Assembly (NCBI GenBank): GCA_977016875.1
Contig: CDRNST010000054.1
Span: 310,001 to 374,000, forward strand
Source: Pavona decussata
Taxonomy: Eukaryota
Direction: 5' to 3'
Length of the DNA: 64,000 nt
Both the position numbers and the translations under genes were made by a program. Positions 19,577 to 33,730 of the stretch are shown piece by piece. Positions within the stretch are counted from its first letter, which is position 1. Every line of letters starts with the position of its first letter. The notes under the pieces are model-generated. The model did no database searches. It saw nothing but the letters and a program-made list of their open reading frames with translations, and had not been told where the DNA came from.

Positions 19577-22500
19577 ATGTCAGAAGAAGAAGCTGAAGGC
19601 TCCATACAGGTGGAAGATACTTCCGAAAAGGAGAATATCGAGCCACCTTTTAAGAAAGCAAAGTTAAGGGACGACAAAAAAATCGATCGTCTTGGGAAAC
19701 TCGAGGCTCGTTTGAACGACATATTGAGTTGTACTGTTTGCCTGGATTTGCCTACAAAATCGGTGTTTCAGGTAAGAAGAGATGAAGGCAATAAAACGTT
19801 AAGTTGTTTGTTTTAATAAGCAACTGTTGTTTCTTTTAATGATTTTCTTTGCTCGCTATAAATTGTCTTTGATGTTCTCAATGGCTGAGTTCAGCTGAAC
19901 TCAATTTCACGCATGTTTGTCCCTGGTTTTATGTCGACGTCGACAAGCTCAAGTCGAGTGCATGCGGACTTCCCTTATAGCTTAACCTGCATGCCTTTTT
20001 TGTGTTTTTATTCATTGTCTTATTATATTAAAATTCTTTCCATATGGTAGATATATACCCCGCTACGATGTTAGTGACTGTGGAGTTACTGTATTCGACA
20101 AGCTGAGGTCAAAATTAATGGCGTCCCTGTGTTTGTTGATTTAAGCTTAGGCTTACATCATTGCAAGCGTTTAAATTTATCTGGGTACAAATTAGTTTAT
20201 TGTTGATGTTTAGCAAACAGCGAGGATAAGGTCGATAAACTTTTCTTTAAATCTGAGAACTCTGCAAATCTGAACAACTGTTACTTATGGTAGAATATTC
20301 TGCGGCTTTTCTTGTGCATCAGAGCGGTCGTAATATTCGACTAATGGTATCATAGTTGATTTAATTTGCTACAGTGAGTGAACTCGGGAAAGGTTTTTAA
20401 ACATTCATGTAAAAAGGCGTCGCTTTACATGTCCTTAGTGCCTGTGAATTTGTATACGTGGCCAATGGATGACTTGCATGAGAGTATTCTTTGGTAATTT
20501 GATAACTCTGACATGTGGAATTTGTAAACCCAGATGTGGAAAAATTCTTTTATTTCAGGAACTTAAACTCATACGGCAGTTTGATTTGTTTGTTTTAATA
20601 TTTTATAGTTTAATTTATTTTTCACATCATTGATTCACTAAAGTAGAGCAAGTGGAGCTGAAAGCCAATCATGGCATGTGAAGAAGCAAATGTTATTTTC
20701 TGCCTTGTTCATCTATACCTGTGCATAAAAAATCTCTCGACACTCCATGGTGGTGATCGTGAGGCAATAAATGAATTATTGTCAATGTCAAATTTTTTAG
20801 AAAATATCCAAAGTAAAAAATGAAGAATGGTTGAGGCTGTTCAGTGATCTGAGGAGGTGGGAGTGTTGTGACCAAGGAGAGGGATGGGATAGTTGATCCT
20901 TGTTTATTCACAGGAGTTTTTCAGATGAGATGGTACTCATTTACTCGAGGGAGTTAATGGGGTATAGCTCTAGACTGTAAACAGTTAAAAAAATGTCATG
21001 TTTTAGTCAGTAAACTGTTAAAAAATCGATTTAGTCAGTAAACAGATGAGCAAGAGAATCTAGTCACCTGAGAAGCCATCATATTCGCTGACTGCTATTC
21101 TTCATCAGACTGATTTTGAATGTTTTTTTAATCAGCACAATGGTCTGAACTATGGCTATCCAAAGAAGTGAATTTTTGATAGATAGCTAATTATCTTTTT
21201 TTGTTCCAGCCAGCTCTTTTATTATCCCTGAATTATGATAGCAAATGACAACAGCATTAATAGAAGCCATTTCGTCGCAGTCTGACAAATTAAGCTTGAG
21301 TAGCAGGCGTAATGGGGGAGGGGAGTGAGAAAAGGTGAGAGAAAAAAGAAGGGATTATTTCTGGCTCCCTCTCCCCTTTTCTGATTACACCTGCTATGCA
21401 GGCTAGGTAAATTTGAAGCAGCCCTGGAGCTAAAAATAAAACCACAAATAGAGTGCAGGCTCCACACCTGTTGCACTAAGTCATGCAGTGGGTGAAATCT
21501 GAAATGAAGGATGAAAATAGTCTGGGCAAGGTTTAAATGAGGTCAAAGTTAATTAAAATTAAGATTTCTTTACCCAAAATATAACAAATCTTCCCAGGAA
21601 TCATTCACCCGTTTCTTTCTACATTTCAAATACGCTAAAAATTCAACTTTCTTCTATATGGTAATCAGTTGCTATTTTGTAATTTATACGCTTCCATAAT
21701 AGCAAGGAAATGCAGGCAGTGAATTAAAAGAACTTACCACATTTACCATTTATGGCACAAGAAATACCCTTTTTCTGTATTTTTGCATTAGTTACCCGCC
21801 CCAGACCTCCAGGTTTCACTTGGTCTAAACATTCGCATGTTTGAGTCCCAGCCATGGCAAAGAGAAAAGTTCTTTATTCTACTGAATGCCACATAATGGC
21901 AGTCCACTGCTCACTATCAAATGATATTAATGTGAAATTAAGGTAGAGTCTTTGTACGTTTTTATTTTGGTGAGAAAAGGTAGATGAGGTAGATGATAAA
22001 GCAAGTGGGATGTTCAGATACCTCTGCCCCCTACTTATGTTATAGTTTGAGATCTAGACTCACCTACCAGCTTTTCCCTTATTAGCCTGGTTATTCCTTT
22101 TGATTTAGTGCCGCAATGGACACCTCATGTGCGCCTCGTGCTTCACACATCTTATGGCTGACAGTCGCCTAAAAAACGAGCAGTCAACTTGTCCAAACTG
22201 CCGAACAGAGATAAATCGCAATGTTTGCTCTCGCAACTTAGCTGTTGAGAAAGCCATCTCTGAGCTTCCAACAGAATGCTCGTACTGCAACCAGGAATTA
22301 CCACGGAGCTGTTTAAGAAATCATGAGGATAAAGAATGTCTGAACAGGTAAGTGGAATGTCGTGTTGGTGTTACATTGATTCTTTGCTGTTTAAATGTTT
22401 CACTATTTATTTCTCAGTTTTTTGCAGCCCTTGAATTTTTTTTAAAATTTGATATTGGTGAAATAAAACAGTGAAAAAAATTTGTTTGCATTGTTCTCTG

Positions 22501-25500
22501 ACTGCGAAATGTAGCAAAAGGGGAAGGGATTGCATTTTGCCATGATGGTTAGATTTCAGCGCCTTATTACTCTATATGTTCCAACCTCAAACCTCTTGAT
22601 AAGTCTCAAAACCTTCTTATCAACTTTTTTCCCTCAGTGTTTTCTCTTTATCATGCGCAATTAATCATTACTTTCATGAATTGACATTCCCACAGATCAT
22701 TTTTTATGGTTTCTGACCTTAGATGATTGTCTTGAAGTAGTTTGTTCCTCTAAAAATTACTTTACTGAATACACTGTACATGTTGTAATACTTCTGTTAA
22801 AAATAAACTATTTAATTTATATTTGTATAATGAAGAGCATACCTGTAGTATTTATGTATGTTAAGTGGAATAAAAAAAACTAGTTTGACACATTATTTAC
22901 AACTTAAAAATAATAACTGAGCTAAAATATATTGAGTGTTGGTAAAAGTAGAACTTTTGTGAATAATATTAGTACTAATAATCTTTGTTTGAGAACTTGA
23001 AATAAAGTCTTTTGAAAATGTTGAGTCTGTGTTTCCCGTTGTTGCATCTGAAACTCAAAATCTTGGCTGTAGCTGGTATTTCAAGCATTTTGTATGTTCA
23101 CCAAAAAGGGGGGACATGGGGGGGGGGGGGGGATTTGGTGGGTTACTTAAATTTGTTTCATTTTTATACAGGATTTGACAGGGATTGGAGTTTTTCTGAA
23201 TATAGGTGCTTAAAACATGGACCGTAGTCCATAGACAGACCATCCCTTTACTTACTAAAGAGAGTTGAGTGACTGTTGGGTTAAAAGTAGGTTAAGAGTC
23301 CTGGCCCCAGTTGTTCAAAAAGCAGATAACTCTATCCAGCAGATAAATCACTATCCAGTGGATAAAATGCACTCCAACCAACACATTTTATCCCCTGGAT
23401 AGCAACTTATCCTCTGGATAAAGTTATCCGTTCTTCGGGCAACTAGGGCCTGGTCTACAATTTCTCAAATTTCAATAATTTCTAAAGTGCAATTTTTTTG
23501 GTCTTGCACACTGGTTATTGTGTAATGAACATCACTTATTTCATTCTGGATCAGAATTGAGCCTTTATTAAATTTTGAAAAATTACAAATTAAAAGGAAG
23601 ACAGTCGAGATACATCTACATTCTTTAAACAATAACCAGTGTGATATGTAGGTGGGAAAAGATGTATATCTAGAGCAATTTTGAGACCAAAAATTCACAG
23701 TCTGGGTACATTTTGCATAAAACCTTTTGAATGGAAAAGTCACTGATTTCCAAGCAATTCTGACTAAGAAATCCCTTATTTTCTTTGCACAAATATGAGG
23801 CGCCCGCATAGTGGCAAATGGAAGCAAGGCATTCTAACATGCTGGAGTGAATTCCTGTCAGGGTCGTCAGTTTGATAGCATCCTCTTGTGATATCTGAGT
23901 AAAGGCTAAGTAATACGGTAACATTTTCTTACAACTTAATGTGCAGTAAATGTTGCATTGCAAGTTGTGATTGGTCGTTGCCCATATTACTACCTCCATG
24001 CACAGCAAATTTCCATGTTGCAAAAAGTAGAAACAGCATCTTCTTTCTACAACATGAAAATTTGTTGTGCTCTGAGATGGTAACATGGGCAACAACCAAT
24101 TGCAAGTTGCAACACAACATTTGTTGCACGGCAAGTTGCAAGAAAATGTTTCATTGTATTAGTTGGCCTTAACAGAAAGATGTTACTCTGATGATGTAGT
24201 GCAACAACCATACATGTGGAAAGTGCATCAGACCTTATCTGAATTGCCTTTGTACTCTTTTTTAAGTAAGGTGCGGTGCACAGCCCTTTATTTGAAAATG
24301 AGTACCAGTATTGATTTGTGTGCACTTGTTTATCATATGAATGGCTTTTACACCAGGTGCACCCTATTTTGACAGAGAGGTTTAAGGCAACTCAGAAATT
24401 TGTTTTTAACTGCATACCCATCTTGACTGTGGAATTATTGCAGCTTTCCAGTAGACCTTGATTCATCACAGGAGATTGTAATGGTTGCACAAAAATTTTG
24501 AACTCTTAATTTCCAACGGAGATTGTGGTGTCAAATGCCCAATTGTTGCTGAAACAGGCATTTTTTGTCACACTTGTTGCTGACTGAATATCTCAAGGGA
24601 AATGATTGAGTTCAAGCTGAAAAATTTCATATTTGCACCAACATAGAATTTCACTGAACTATTGAGAAGTGGTTGAGCATACTGAGTGAAAACTGCTGCT
24701 ACTATAGATTTCTGCCTTGACTGGTGGAATTTTTCAGCAAATTTTGAGACATCACTCACTGGGGGTTCGCAAAGTGTTTGTTTAAGTGTTGATGTGAGTT
24801 AAAGTGTAACCATAGGGGGCCCACACAATGTGTCTGTGTAGCCGATTGTTATTATATGGTAAATGCACTGGATTTACCGTTTGCTTCACCTATAGCAATA
24901 TATCGCTAACTATGTATATAAATCAATGATAAATAAACGGCAAACTCAAGCTCCTTCAAAATCGCTCAAAAAACCGCTTTTGAGGTGAAAGGACGACTAT
25001 ATACCACAGATAAGGTAATTCAACGTTTATTTATCATTGATTGATATACATAGTTAGCAATATATCGCTATAGGTGAAGTAAACGGTAAATCCAGTGCAT
25101 TTACTATATAATAACAATCGGCTACACAGACACATTGTGTGGGCCCCCTATGGTGTAACATTGTCTGTGGCAGCTTTCAGATTAACCTCCTTATATTAAG
25201 CTTTCTTTCAACCTAATCTGCAGAATGCTTGACAGCATCAGTATAATATTAATTTATAGTAATTTTTATATTAATGTAAAGTCATTAAATGCTGTGTTTG
25301 TGCTTGTGTTCAAGTTGTGGCATTATGTATAAGACTAATCAATGAATATATGCTGCCTGAACTGCAATACTCATGAACAACAGCTTACTGTAAAACATTG
25401 TATGTGCAGACAACAATCAGAAATTACATATGTTATGCAAAACATACTGACTAGTATCCAGTCACTATTAAGAGGTTTGGTTTTTATTTGATATTGAGGT

Positions 25501-28500
25501 GAAAAGAAATTGGATAATGCCCTGGGGTGTTATGGGAAGACACAAAGAAAAAATAGCAACACTATTTTCTTTAATCCCTCCCCATCACATCCTAGATGTC
25601 TCTTCGACTCGTATCCAATCTCTTTTCACATAAACCTCCAAATAGTGTCTGGGTACAAGTCAGCAGAGGAAATATGAGAGGAAGCAGACCAGTAACTACA
25701 CGTGGAGGCTGTTGTTGATCAGCTTTGGTTTGGATACTCAGATCTTCAACATTGACATAATTTAAAATAGACCATGTTTGGATTTTGTTGTGATATCTCG
25801 TGGTCATGACAACAGTACATCCTAACAAAACACCCTTTTTCCAAGTTTGAAAATTAATACAGTGAACCATTTTGTTTTGGATCATCTAAATCATCAGATT
25901 AACATAATAAGTGATGTCTATCTTTAAAATTCTGAATATAAGCCCCTTAGGTCTATACAAATGTTAAGGGCTTCTTTTGGGGTTGGCTTATGACTGGAGG
26001 GTTAGGCTTGACAAGAAAAGCAGCTTAAAATGCCTTGAAGTACTCTAAGGTAATGGCAACAGTTAGCCCTCACAGTCCCCTGGCTTAATAAAAGAAGGAT
26101 GTGTATGTCTGAGATTTAGGGAACATATTTATTTTTTATTTATTGTTAGGGGAGGGGCTATTTTTGAAGGGGCTTATATTTGGAATTAATTTTTATGACC
26201 CAATGAATGAATGAAATAAATAAGCCTAAGATGAATCAATCTCAAAAAATTGTTTCCAAACAAGGGTGTTTGAAAAGGTAAATGTACTGTTGCCATGAAA
26301 ACAGGCTGGGAATGTTTGAGGATCCAATTTCATTCATCAGTGACCATTTGTGGGTTTTTTCAACATTTTCTAAATCTGGCCCTGGTTGTTCAAAGAGCGG
26401 ATACTGTTATCTACTGGATAGGTCGCTATGCGGCAAATAAATGTGTGCAACAATTTCCCTATAGCCCAATAATTTGTGTACAAGATAGAAGCGTATGTCT
26501 AATTTAAGTATGGGATTGTGTGGAAAACTTGCCAGAGGCATTGTTTGGAGTACGTTTGCACCGCTGGATAGTGACTTATCCACTGGATAAAGTTATCGGC
26601 CCTTTGAACAACTGGGGCCTGGTGTATTTTGGATGGATTGTTCATAATATCCTTGAGATCTAGGAAAGATATTTGGGTTAGGAGAAGATTAAAATGAACA
26701 AACTCATACCCTACCTCAAGTATCCAAGGAGATGACATGTCATAATACACTTTATTAAGGTTAGAAATTAAGGCTGAGAGACAAGAATATTCAATTCACT
26801 TTGTTCTTTTGTGATCAGCTTTGAAAGTGAGAGTAATAACCAAAACAGTTCCATCTGGGTGATGATTATATTCTTTTTACCAGTAGGACACAAAAGATGT
26901 GCAGTGGATGTTTAGTGTAAACTTACAAGCAGTTAAGAAATGTAACACTGATAATAAAAATCTCTGAGAAAGGACATTGGAGAGTTAAAGTTACATTGTG
27001 CATGCTCAATAGAGAAGATATAGAATCAAAATAAGTAGTCAAACCGCAGCATGGTGGAAGTTTGTGTGCAGTTGTTAATACTTTGACTTTCTTTTGCTTT
27101 CTTTTGACAGGTGGAAACTCCTCCATCAGTGACATCCACTATATACTAATATTTTTCAGCCAATTTCTCTTTTGCACTTTCTTTGTCTAAGTGTACAACA
27201 ATATTCATTCATAGCCATGACCTGTAAAAACAGCCTTTACTCTCTCTCATTTCAGTTTTGATTTTGTGTCTTATACTTTTTTCAGGCCTGTCTATTGCAA
27301 GTTCAAAAGAATAGGTTGTCTGTGGCAGGGTCCATTTCACAAGTTAAGGGATCATGAAGAAAAGTGTACACATCCTGGCATGACAGGACAACAGCTCATG
27401 GAATCGTTAGAAGTTATTGAAAAAATGCACCAAGATGAAAAGGAAGTCTTCGGAAACATCCTTGCCTTGCTGTCATATGAAAAGATCGCTATAAATGGTT
27501 AATATCCTTATTCCTTTTTTACTTTGTGCTGCAGTTTAGTGCCATAATTTCGTTTCAAAAACTGAATGGGTACAATGGAGCATGTGCATATTAATTTTTA
27601 CTGTATATCTTGGGTGGCTCTCCCAGTTTATTATTGGTTATTGCTAAGTTGTGCTATTCATTTTATTTTTAATTTAGAAAATGCTAATTAAGTTTATCAC
27701 ATATTTTTTTTAAGTTACTTTAATTCCCATGGTGGTTTTTTTTTTGTTGTCTTTGCTCATCTTTACTGATACTGATGACATTTTTGACTGTTACCAGTTT
27801 TTTCAGGCGTGGTTTATAGTAGCAACCTATGGTGAGGCTGTGAGAAATCCTGCAGAAATGTTGTTACTAATGTTCTTGAAAATTAAGTTGATTTGTATTT
27901 CAGATATTATATGCTGATATTTATTGATTTTCAGCTAGGGATGGGAAGGTGCTCACACAAGTCTCATTTGTGTCTTTGTTTTGTGAACCTTTCACCCCCA
28001 GAATGTTTACATCCAAAAATACTTGAAGTGTTACCACTTAGATAAAATCCATTAAGGGCATTGCCTCCCAATATGAAGTTCTTTTTGTGCAGGTTATGAG
28101 CATCACCATGCTGGAAAAGCAGATTTTTAGCAAGGGTTTTTGGAGTTCAAAAATACAAGTTGGTTTAACCACTCATTAACAATTAATGTATGATTTTTTT
28201 TTTACCAAATTGAAGCTTAAGTACTCTGAAAAATGCAAGGCTACCACAGATTTTCTTTTTGGATTCTAATAGCCCTTGCCAAGATTTTCCCACATAGTCC
28301 TTCTGAACTGCAGAAGGAAAAATCGTTAAGAAACCTGAGTTTCTCAGACTATCCTAAGATGCTCAGAAGAAGACAGCATCCTTAAGCAGTAGTTTTTCAT
28401 TCAGATCCGAGTGCCAAGTCAAAATTGGTGGATTTTATCTACAGTATGTTGTTTTTAGTGGTGTTAAAGGGTAGGTGCAAAGTGGTTCACTGTAACATTT

Positions 28501-29037
28501 GATAAGGAGTCTGGTGGTCACAATGAAATTTACTCTGCTTCACATTGTAGGTCACCTCACTGTTCCACATAATTTGTACAATACTCATTCTCACTGACAT
28601 GAACCCATGCATTCCTACTAACCAATTTGCATTCACAATCTTCCCTAACATCTATAGACTTGCAGCTCAAGCCATACCGTTCAGATGACTATATTCCACA
28701 GCTCTGCTACGAGAGCAGTAGATTCAATGCTCTGGGTCAACAATGGGTTGTGAAGGCAAATGTTGTTGGGAATGAGAAAAGTTTGAAACGCATCTTGACC
28801 TATCAGCTGGTGCAGAAAGGCAAAGTCAACCTTAATGTCAAATTCTTGATGCTGCAAAGCCCATTCAGTGACTTGGCTATTAAGCCAGAGGTTCATCAAC
28901 AGCAGTTCAGTTGTGAGACACAAGAAAGCAGTTACCATGACCTTGTTCTAACAGATCCCCTGGAGTGCAATAAAATGCTGGAGGCGAATACAATTAAGTT
29001 GAGGATGATAATATTTCAGATTCCTGGATCTGACTAA
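19577..29037 (+). CDS. ZFTRAF1: Zinc finger TRAF-type containing 1 / cysteine and histidine-rich protein 1, 341 aa; join(19577..19771,22109..22347,27286..27497,28658..29037)
   Basis: GT-AG exons join in frame (1026 nt): [102 protein letters not shown]. Matches the recalled CYHR1 RING + TRAF-ZnF sequence. Confidence 0.93.
23303..23450. mobile_element. MITE, GGCCCCAGTTGTTCAA family (copy 1)
   Basis: TIR GGCCCCAGTTG/CAACTAGGGCC, internal ATCCAGTGGATA palindromes, CTG flanks. Confidence 0.8.
23900..24172. mobile_element. Degenerate palindromic MITE
   Basis: AAGGCTAAGTAATACGGTAACATTTTCTTACAACTT...AAGTTGCAAGAAAATGTTTCATTGTATTAGTTGGCCTT; explains mirror-image ORFs on both strands. Confidence 0.7.
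24811..25152. mobile_element. Young MITE with ~130-bp TIRs and 7-bp TSD (P-element-like CAT..ATG ends)
   Basis: CATAGGGGGCCCACACAATGTGTCTGTGTAGCCG... and its reverse complement at 25023-25152; GTGTAAC at 24804-24810 and 25153-25159. Confidence 0.88.
26378..26619. mobile_element. MITE, GGCCCCAGTTGTTCAA family (copy 2)
   Basis: GGCCCTGGTTGTTCAAAG...CTTTGAACAACTGGGGCC; reverse-complement similarity to 39659-39893. Confidence 0.8.
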
Positions 29038-31936
29038 GAATATTTGTTATGGCAAATGAAGTGTTCATAGACTAATTTTTGTACATATCTCTTTTTTCTT
29101 CACATAATTTGTGAATCAAGTGCCCAAGAGCACCTTTTTTAATAGTTGGAGTATTTATTCAAGGAATACATTCTATTTTCACTTTACCAAACTTTTATTT
29201 ATGATTTGCATTTTGCTTAGTGGATTCTTACATGTAATAGCATAAAATAACTTTCTTAACAGTGGGAGGTCTTATCATGCTACAAAAACGTTAATGACAT
29301 TAATGTAGTTTTACAACAATACAAATATAAAAGAAGCAAGCCTGCTTGGATGTCATTCAGACAACTGATTACTTTAAAATTACATTGGTTAAAATTGATG
29401 TAAATCAAAAAAGATTCACCAGAAAGCAGCTTTTACTTTCTTTCTATTTCTTTATTTTTTGTCGTTCAAGAACTCTAAAGAAAGTACCGGTATTTATATA
29501 AAAAAGACAATCCTGGAAAGTAACATTTAAGAAAACGTGAAAAAGCCATATATTCACAGATGTCTTTCTACCTACTACTAACAATATTATAAATGGAGAG
29601 TTTAATTTAATATGGTGTCCTGCTGGATTGGTGTAAATAGTTTAATCATTTGAAGAGCATGGTGTGCAGAATTTTGGAAAATTTGATTGGCCCAACCGTG
29701 TTGGCAAGAATCATTAATTTTCTGGTTTGAATGAATATTATGAATGAAGCTCAATCATATTAATTTCAACTGTCTGTAAATACATAATATTATTGTAATA
29801 ATGAACTGAAGAGAGCATTATTATTATTATTATTATTTATCTTTTCCTCTGCTGGGTCATTATGAAGAAGAGCATTGCGCGTACTTGGAAAATTAGATTA
29901 GTCCAGTTATGCCAGCCTAAAGTGCTAATTTTCTTGTTTGAATGAAGCCAGTGTATGAGTAAAGTTCAATCATATTAATTTTACCTGCCTGTAAATTCAT
30001 AAGATTATAAATTGTAATAAATGAATGGAAGTGAGGATTACTATTCACAGTGTATTGTTTCTTCTCTTGGGTCAAACGTGAATGCCAGTAAACTAACAGT
30101 ACTGCCTGTGTCACTGACTGGAAAAAATACATAATTTGACCATTTATTCACCAGGTTTAAAACATAACATTACATTTCTTTCAGCTTTCTGTATTTGTTT
30201 GGTCCATTTGTTTGCAATTACAGTGACTTGTGTCAGACAAAAATGGCATGCATGTAGATGCATGATTTCTGATGTCAAACACCTTTAGTTATCAAAAGTG
30301 ACACAGAAATCTCACCCAGATTGTATACTTCAGTGGTATAACAGTTTTTGTTGTTGTAGAAATTCATAGAATGTAAAGCTCCTTGTGACCTTTGTGTAAT
30401 TGATTAAACTGAGAGCCTGACATTTTTCAGTGTGACCGCCAGCCCATTGAATTCAGGAACGAAACAAAACAACAACAATCTGAACACCACACAGAGGAGG
30501 AGTACAGCCATCTTGGATGTTTTGTGTGGGTTATGGCATCTTGAAGATGAAATATAAATGACAAATACTTGACTATTGTCCACCTATGAGCAGCTTTTTG
30601 GACAAAATGAATACTGTCTGGAAGCAAATTATATTTCCAGTGTCCAGAACAATAAGAAAACAATTAGATTATTGGCAGGAGGCAGGCCAGTTGTTTATTT
30701 GACATGCATGAGGTGAAATTTGGTCCAATATGAATAAATGCCAGCCAGTGGTCAGAGTGGAACATGTGCCTCCAGATTTCAACTCCACTGCCCAGACCAC
30801 TAAGCCATACTGCAAATTATCCTGAATGGTAAATGCTATTACCTGACTTTCAATGTAGGGAAAGCTCAGTTGATTGAAAAATGTAAACAGAACTCTATAT
30901 TGAATACCTAATTATTACTTCAGAACATAAGGATCCCTACCCCCTTGACCCAACCCCTCCGAATGACAAAGTAAATGACCCATCAAAAAGTGGTATGGTA
31001 CTAACATTTGTTGTTAAGAAATACCCATTCTGTTATCAACTGGACAAAGAATGGGTATTCTATAGAAAATAATAATTATTGATACCATACCACTTTTTAA
31101 TGGGGCTGCCTTGATCAAACCTAGAGTCAACAGTGTAACATCTCTTAAGAACCTTTGCTCAATGTATTTATTACCTTACTGTTTCTATATGATTTATATT
31201 GAAACAAATGATAAAGCTCAGGTCTACCTTGACACCAACACAAATAATATTGATGTTTCAAAACTGTTTCCCTGCAGTAGTTCATGTGTTACAATGGCCA
31301 TCTGTGTTAAATTAGATTTGATTATGAGTATGACTTTAAAATTCCAAACTAGTCAGTTCCTCACTTCCTCTAGCCAGCAATTACAAGGACACTCTAGAAG
31401 CAAATGATTTTCTCAAACTCATACTCGATCTGCTACTCATGCACTGTACCGAAATCTTAAAGGGGCACTGTCACCTATTTTAGTGTCACTTTGAATGACC
31501 AAAAAACATAATTGGTGGAATCATTAAAATAACGGTTCAGAGTTGTTAACAATGACCATGCTAGTGCACAGAAACTGGTAATAATTATCTTTGGCTACAG
31601 ATCGCTAGGATGGAAATGGATTGCAACTTGAAAATTAAATTGGCCAATTTTTTGAAGTTTTTCTTGTGTATTTTAGAGAAGTTGCTAGAACTGATTACAG
31701 TTCTTCCTTGGAGAAATCCCTTAAAATATATTCTTCTAAGTGTTCTAAGAGCAATTTTAAGAAAGCAAAAAAAAATTTCATTAAGTGTTTGGCGAATGAG
31801 CAGTTTTGACCAAAATACAGCAAAATCGCCATGATAATGCCCCTGTAAGGTCCCTTGGACATTAAGTATCACTATTATCGCCAGTTTTACTTTACATGAT
31901 TGTAAACAAGCCTAGGTAGCTTGTCGTGTGTGTGAT

Positions 31937-33730
31937 CTATGTCATCAAACCATGCATCAGAAGAAAATTTGCTCCAGCCAGGATGTAATGAAACCCGTCT
32001 ACACCAGGAAAACCAAGGAAATCTATGGATTTCACTGCACTTGCTAATCCATAAGCCAGAGCCCCAGCAGTAGCACAAAAGTTTGACCTCATGAATGTGA
32101 CAAATAGTATTCCAAACACTGCTAGGGTACTCACTAACAAAGTCAGCTTGTCTTCCGAGGGAGTGTAGACTAACGAGAGAAATACCACAGCCACTGAACT
32201 AATCAGATGGAAGTTGGCATTTGCAGGTTTGTGATGGTAAACACAGAATCCTGCTGCAATGAGGGGAATTCCTGCAAAACACACAAAAGCCTTCAGGAGT
32301 TGGTATTTTCCAGTAGGTTTTATTGAATTATAAAATTTAAATGGTTAGAGCCTTGGATTCTAAGTTCACCTGGAGCATATTGTTAGGTCCCTACTTACCC
32401 TGGACCCTGGTTTGGCTTAGTAAACACAGTACAAATCCAGGATATCCATTTTCTTTCAATTAAAGAAGAAACAGGAAAGCAACATCACAACTACTACCAC
32501 TTATCCTGCTTGTTGCTTTGACTATCCTGTCAAACAATTATTTGAAGGGCTGAGTGCATAAAATTAATGTCTTGTGTAGGCTGATTTTTCGTTTCAGATA
32601 GCCTGCATGACAGGCGCTTTATGAGCCAAGTGGGGCGAACGCGATATTTCGCCCCTCATCTCGCGCTTTGTGCTCATGTCGTGCTCCGTGCGAAATATCG
32701 CATTCACCCCGCTTGGCTCATAAAGCGCCTGTCATGCAGGCTAGTTTCAGATGGAGAGTCAAGGTTGGCCAAATTTACGCTTTTGTTTGGCTCAGCTAAA
32801 AAAAATATGGACATACTTCAGCTCATGCCACAAATTAAATCTTTCAAAATATATTGCCTCAATTCTGAGTGTTTCAGTACTGTGAGTAAGTGTTAACAAT
32901 GACATGCCAGTTTTCTAGAGAAATTTTTTTAGAAGAGCAATGTTTTCCTTTTGATCTGGCACTCTAAATGAAACTTTAAACAAAACTGTACAACATCTAT
33001 AATTGTTTGGATCTTCTGCTTTTGGTTTTCTCCCTAAACAAACCTTCCTTGGAGTATCTCCATCAATAATACTTGCTGGCTGTTAGAAGGAAAGTCAGTG
33101 GGAAATTAACCAGCTTTCACATGTTCATGTTTACATTTGCTATCATTTCCGGTTTGCGCTGATAATTTTGGCCACAAATTCTGACAGCTAGGACAGAGGA
33201 GAGCTGCGGGTGTATTGGGGGTGGCATTCAAATTCCTGCAACACAGGCGCAAGGTCTTGATCCTTCTCCCCCCCCCCCCCCCCCCCCCACTTCTCCCCCA
33301 AGAGCTTGATTGCAGGCTAGGCATTTCTTTGATACCTAAAATAACATTGTTGTATCAACTTAATAACAATATGATTTGCATATTAGAAGTGGTTTGTTAA
33401 AATAATTTCAGCCTCACTTGATCTACTCAAAGGCCAGGTTACAACACAACTATAAAATTTAATAATATACAAATAACTACTTTTGGGTCATGATATCTCA
33501 CCTACTACTGATGCAAGCCATGTAAATAACACATGCAGTCGAACCACTTTCGACTGAATACTTGGGAACACAACTCCAAACTTCAGAACTCCAAAAGATG
33601 CCGCTATGGCGACGCACGTAAAACCCCAGGCGGCGTAAAAAGACCTCTCATATACACTGAACGCCGAATAAAATGAGCATCCAGCCAGAACAAAGTCAGA
33701 CACAGCTGTAGATACTGTTCGTACACTCAT
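31937..33730 (-). CDS. TMEM276: Transmembrane protein 276-like, 187 aa; complement(join(31937..32271,33502..33730))
   Basis: Phase-1 GT-AG intron, 564 nt in frame, multi-pass hydrophobic. STAVSDFVLA, AAWGF, WLASVVGIPLIA and ANANFHL align with recalled human TMEM276 STALSHLVLG, AAAGF, WVATVIGLPLLA and SSANLLL. Confidence 0.82.
32599..32743. mobile_element. MITE with TAG..CTA ends in the TMEM276 intron
   Basis: TAGCCTGCATGACAGGCGCTTTATGAGCCAAG / exact reverse complement; TSD GTTTCAGA at 32591-32598 and 32744-32751. Confidence 0.88.

Noticed and set aside
23465-24372. Cluster of Cys-rich ORFs
   Set aside because: They overlap a palindromic MITE within ZFTRAF1 intron 2 and have no recognisable domain.
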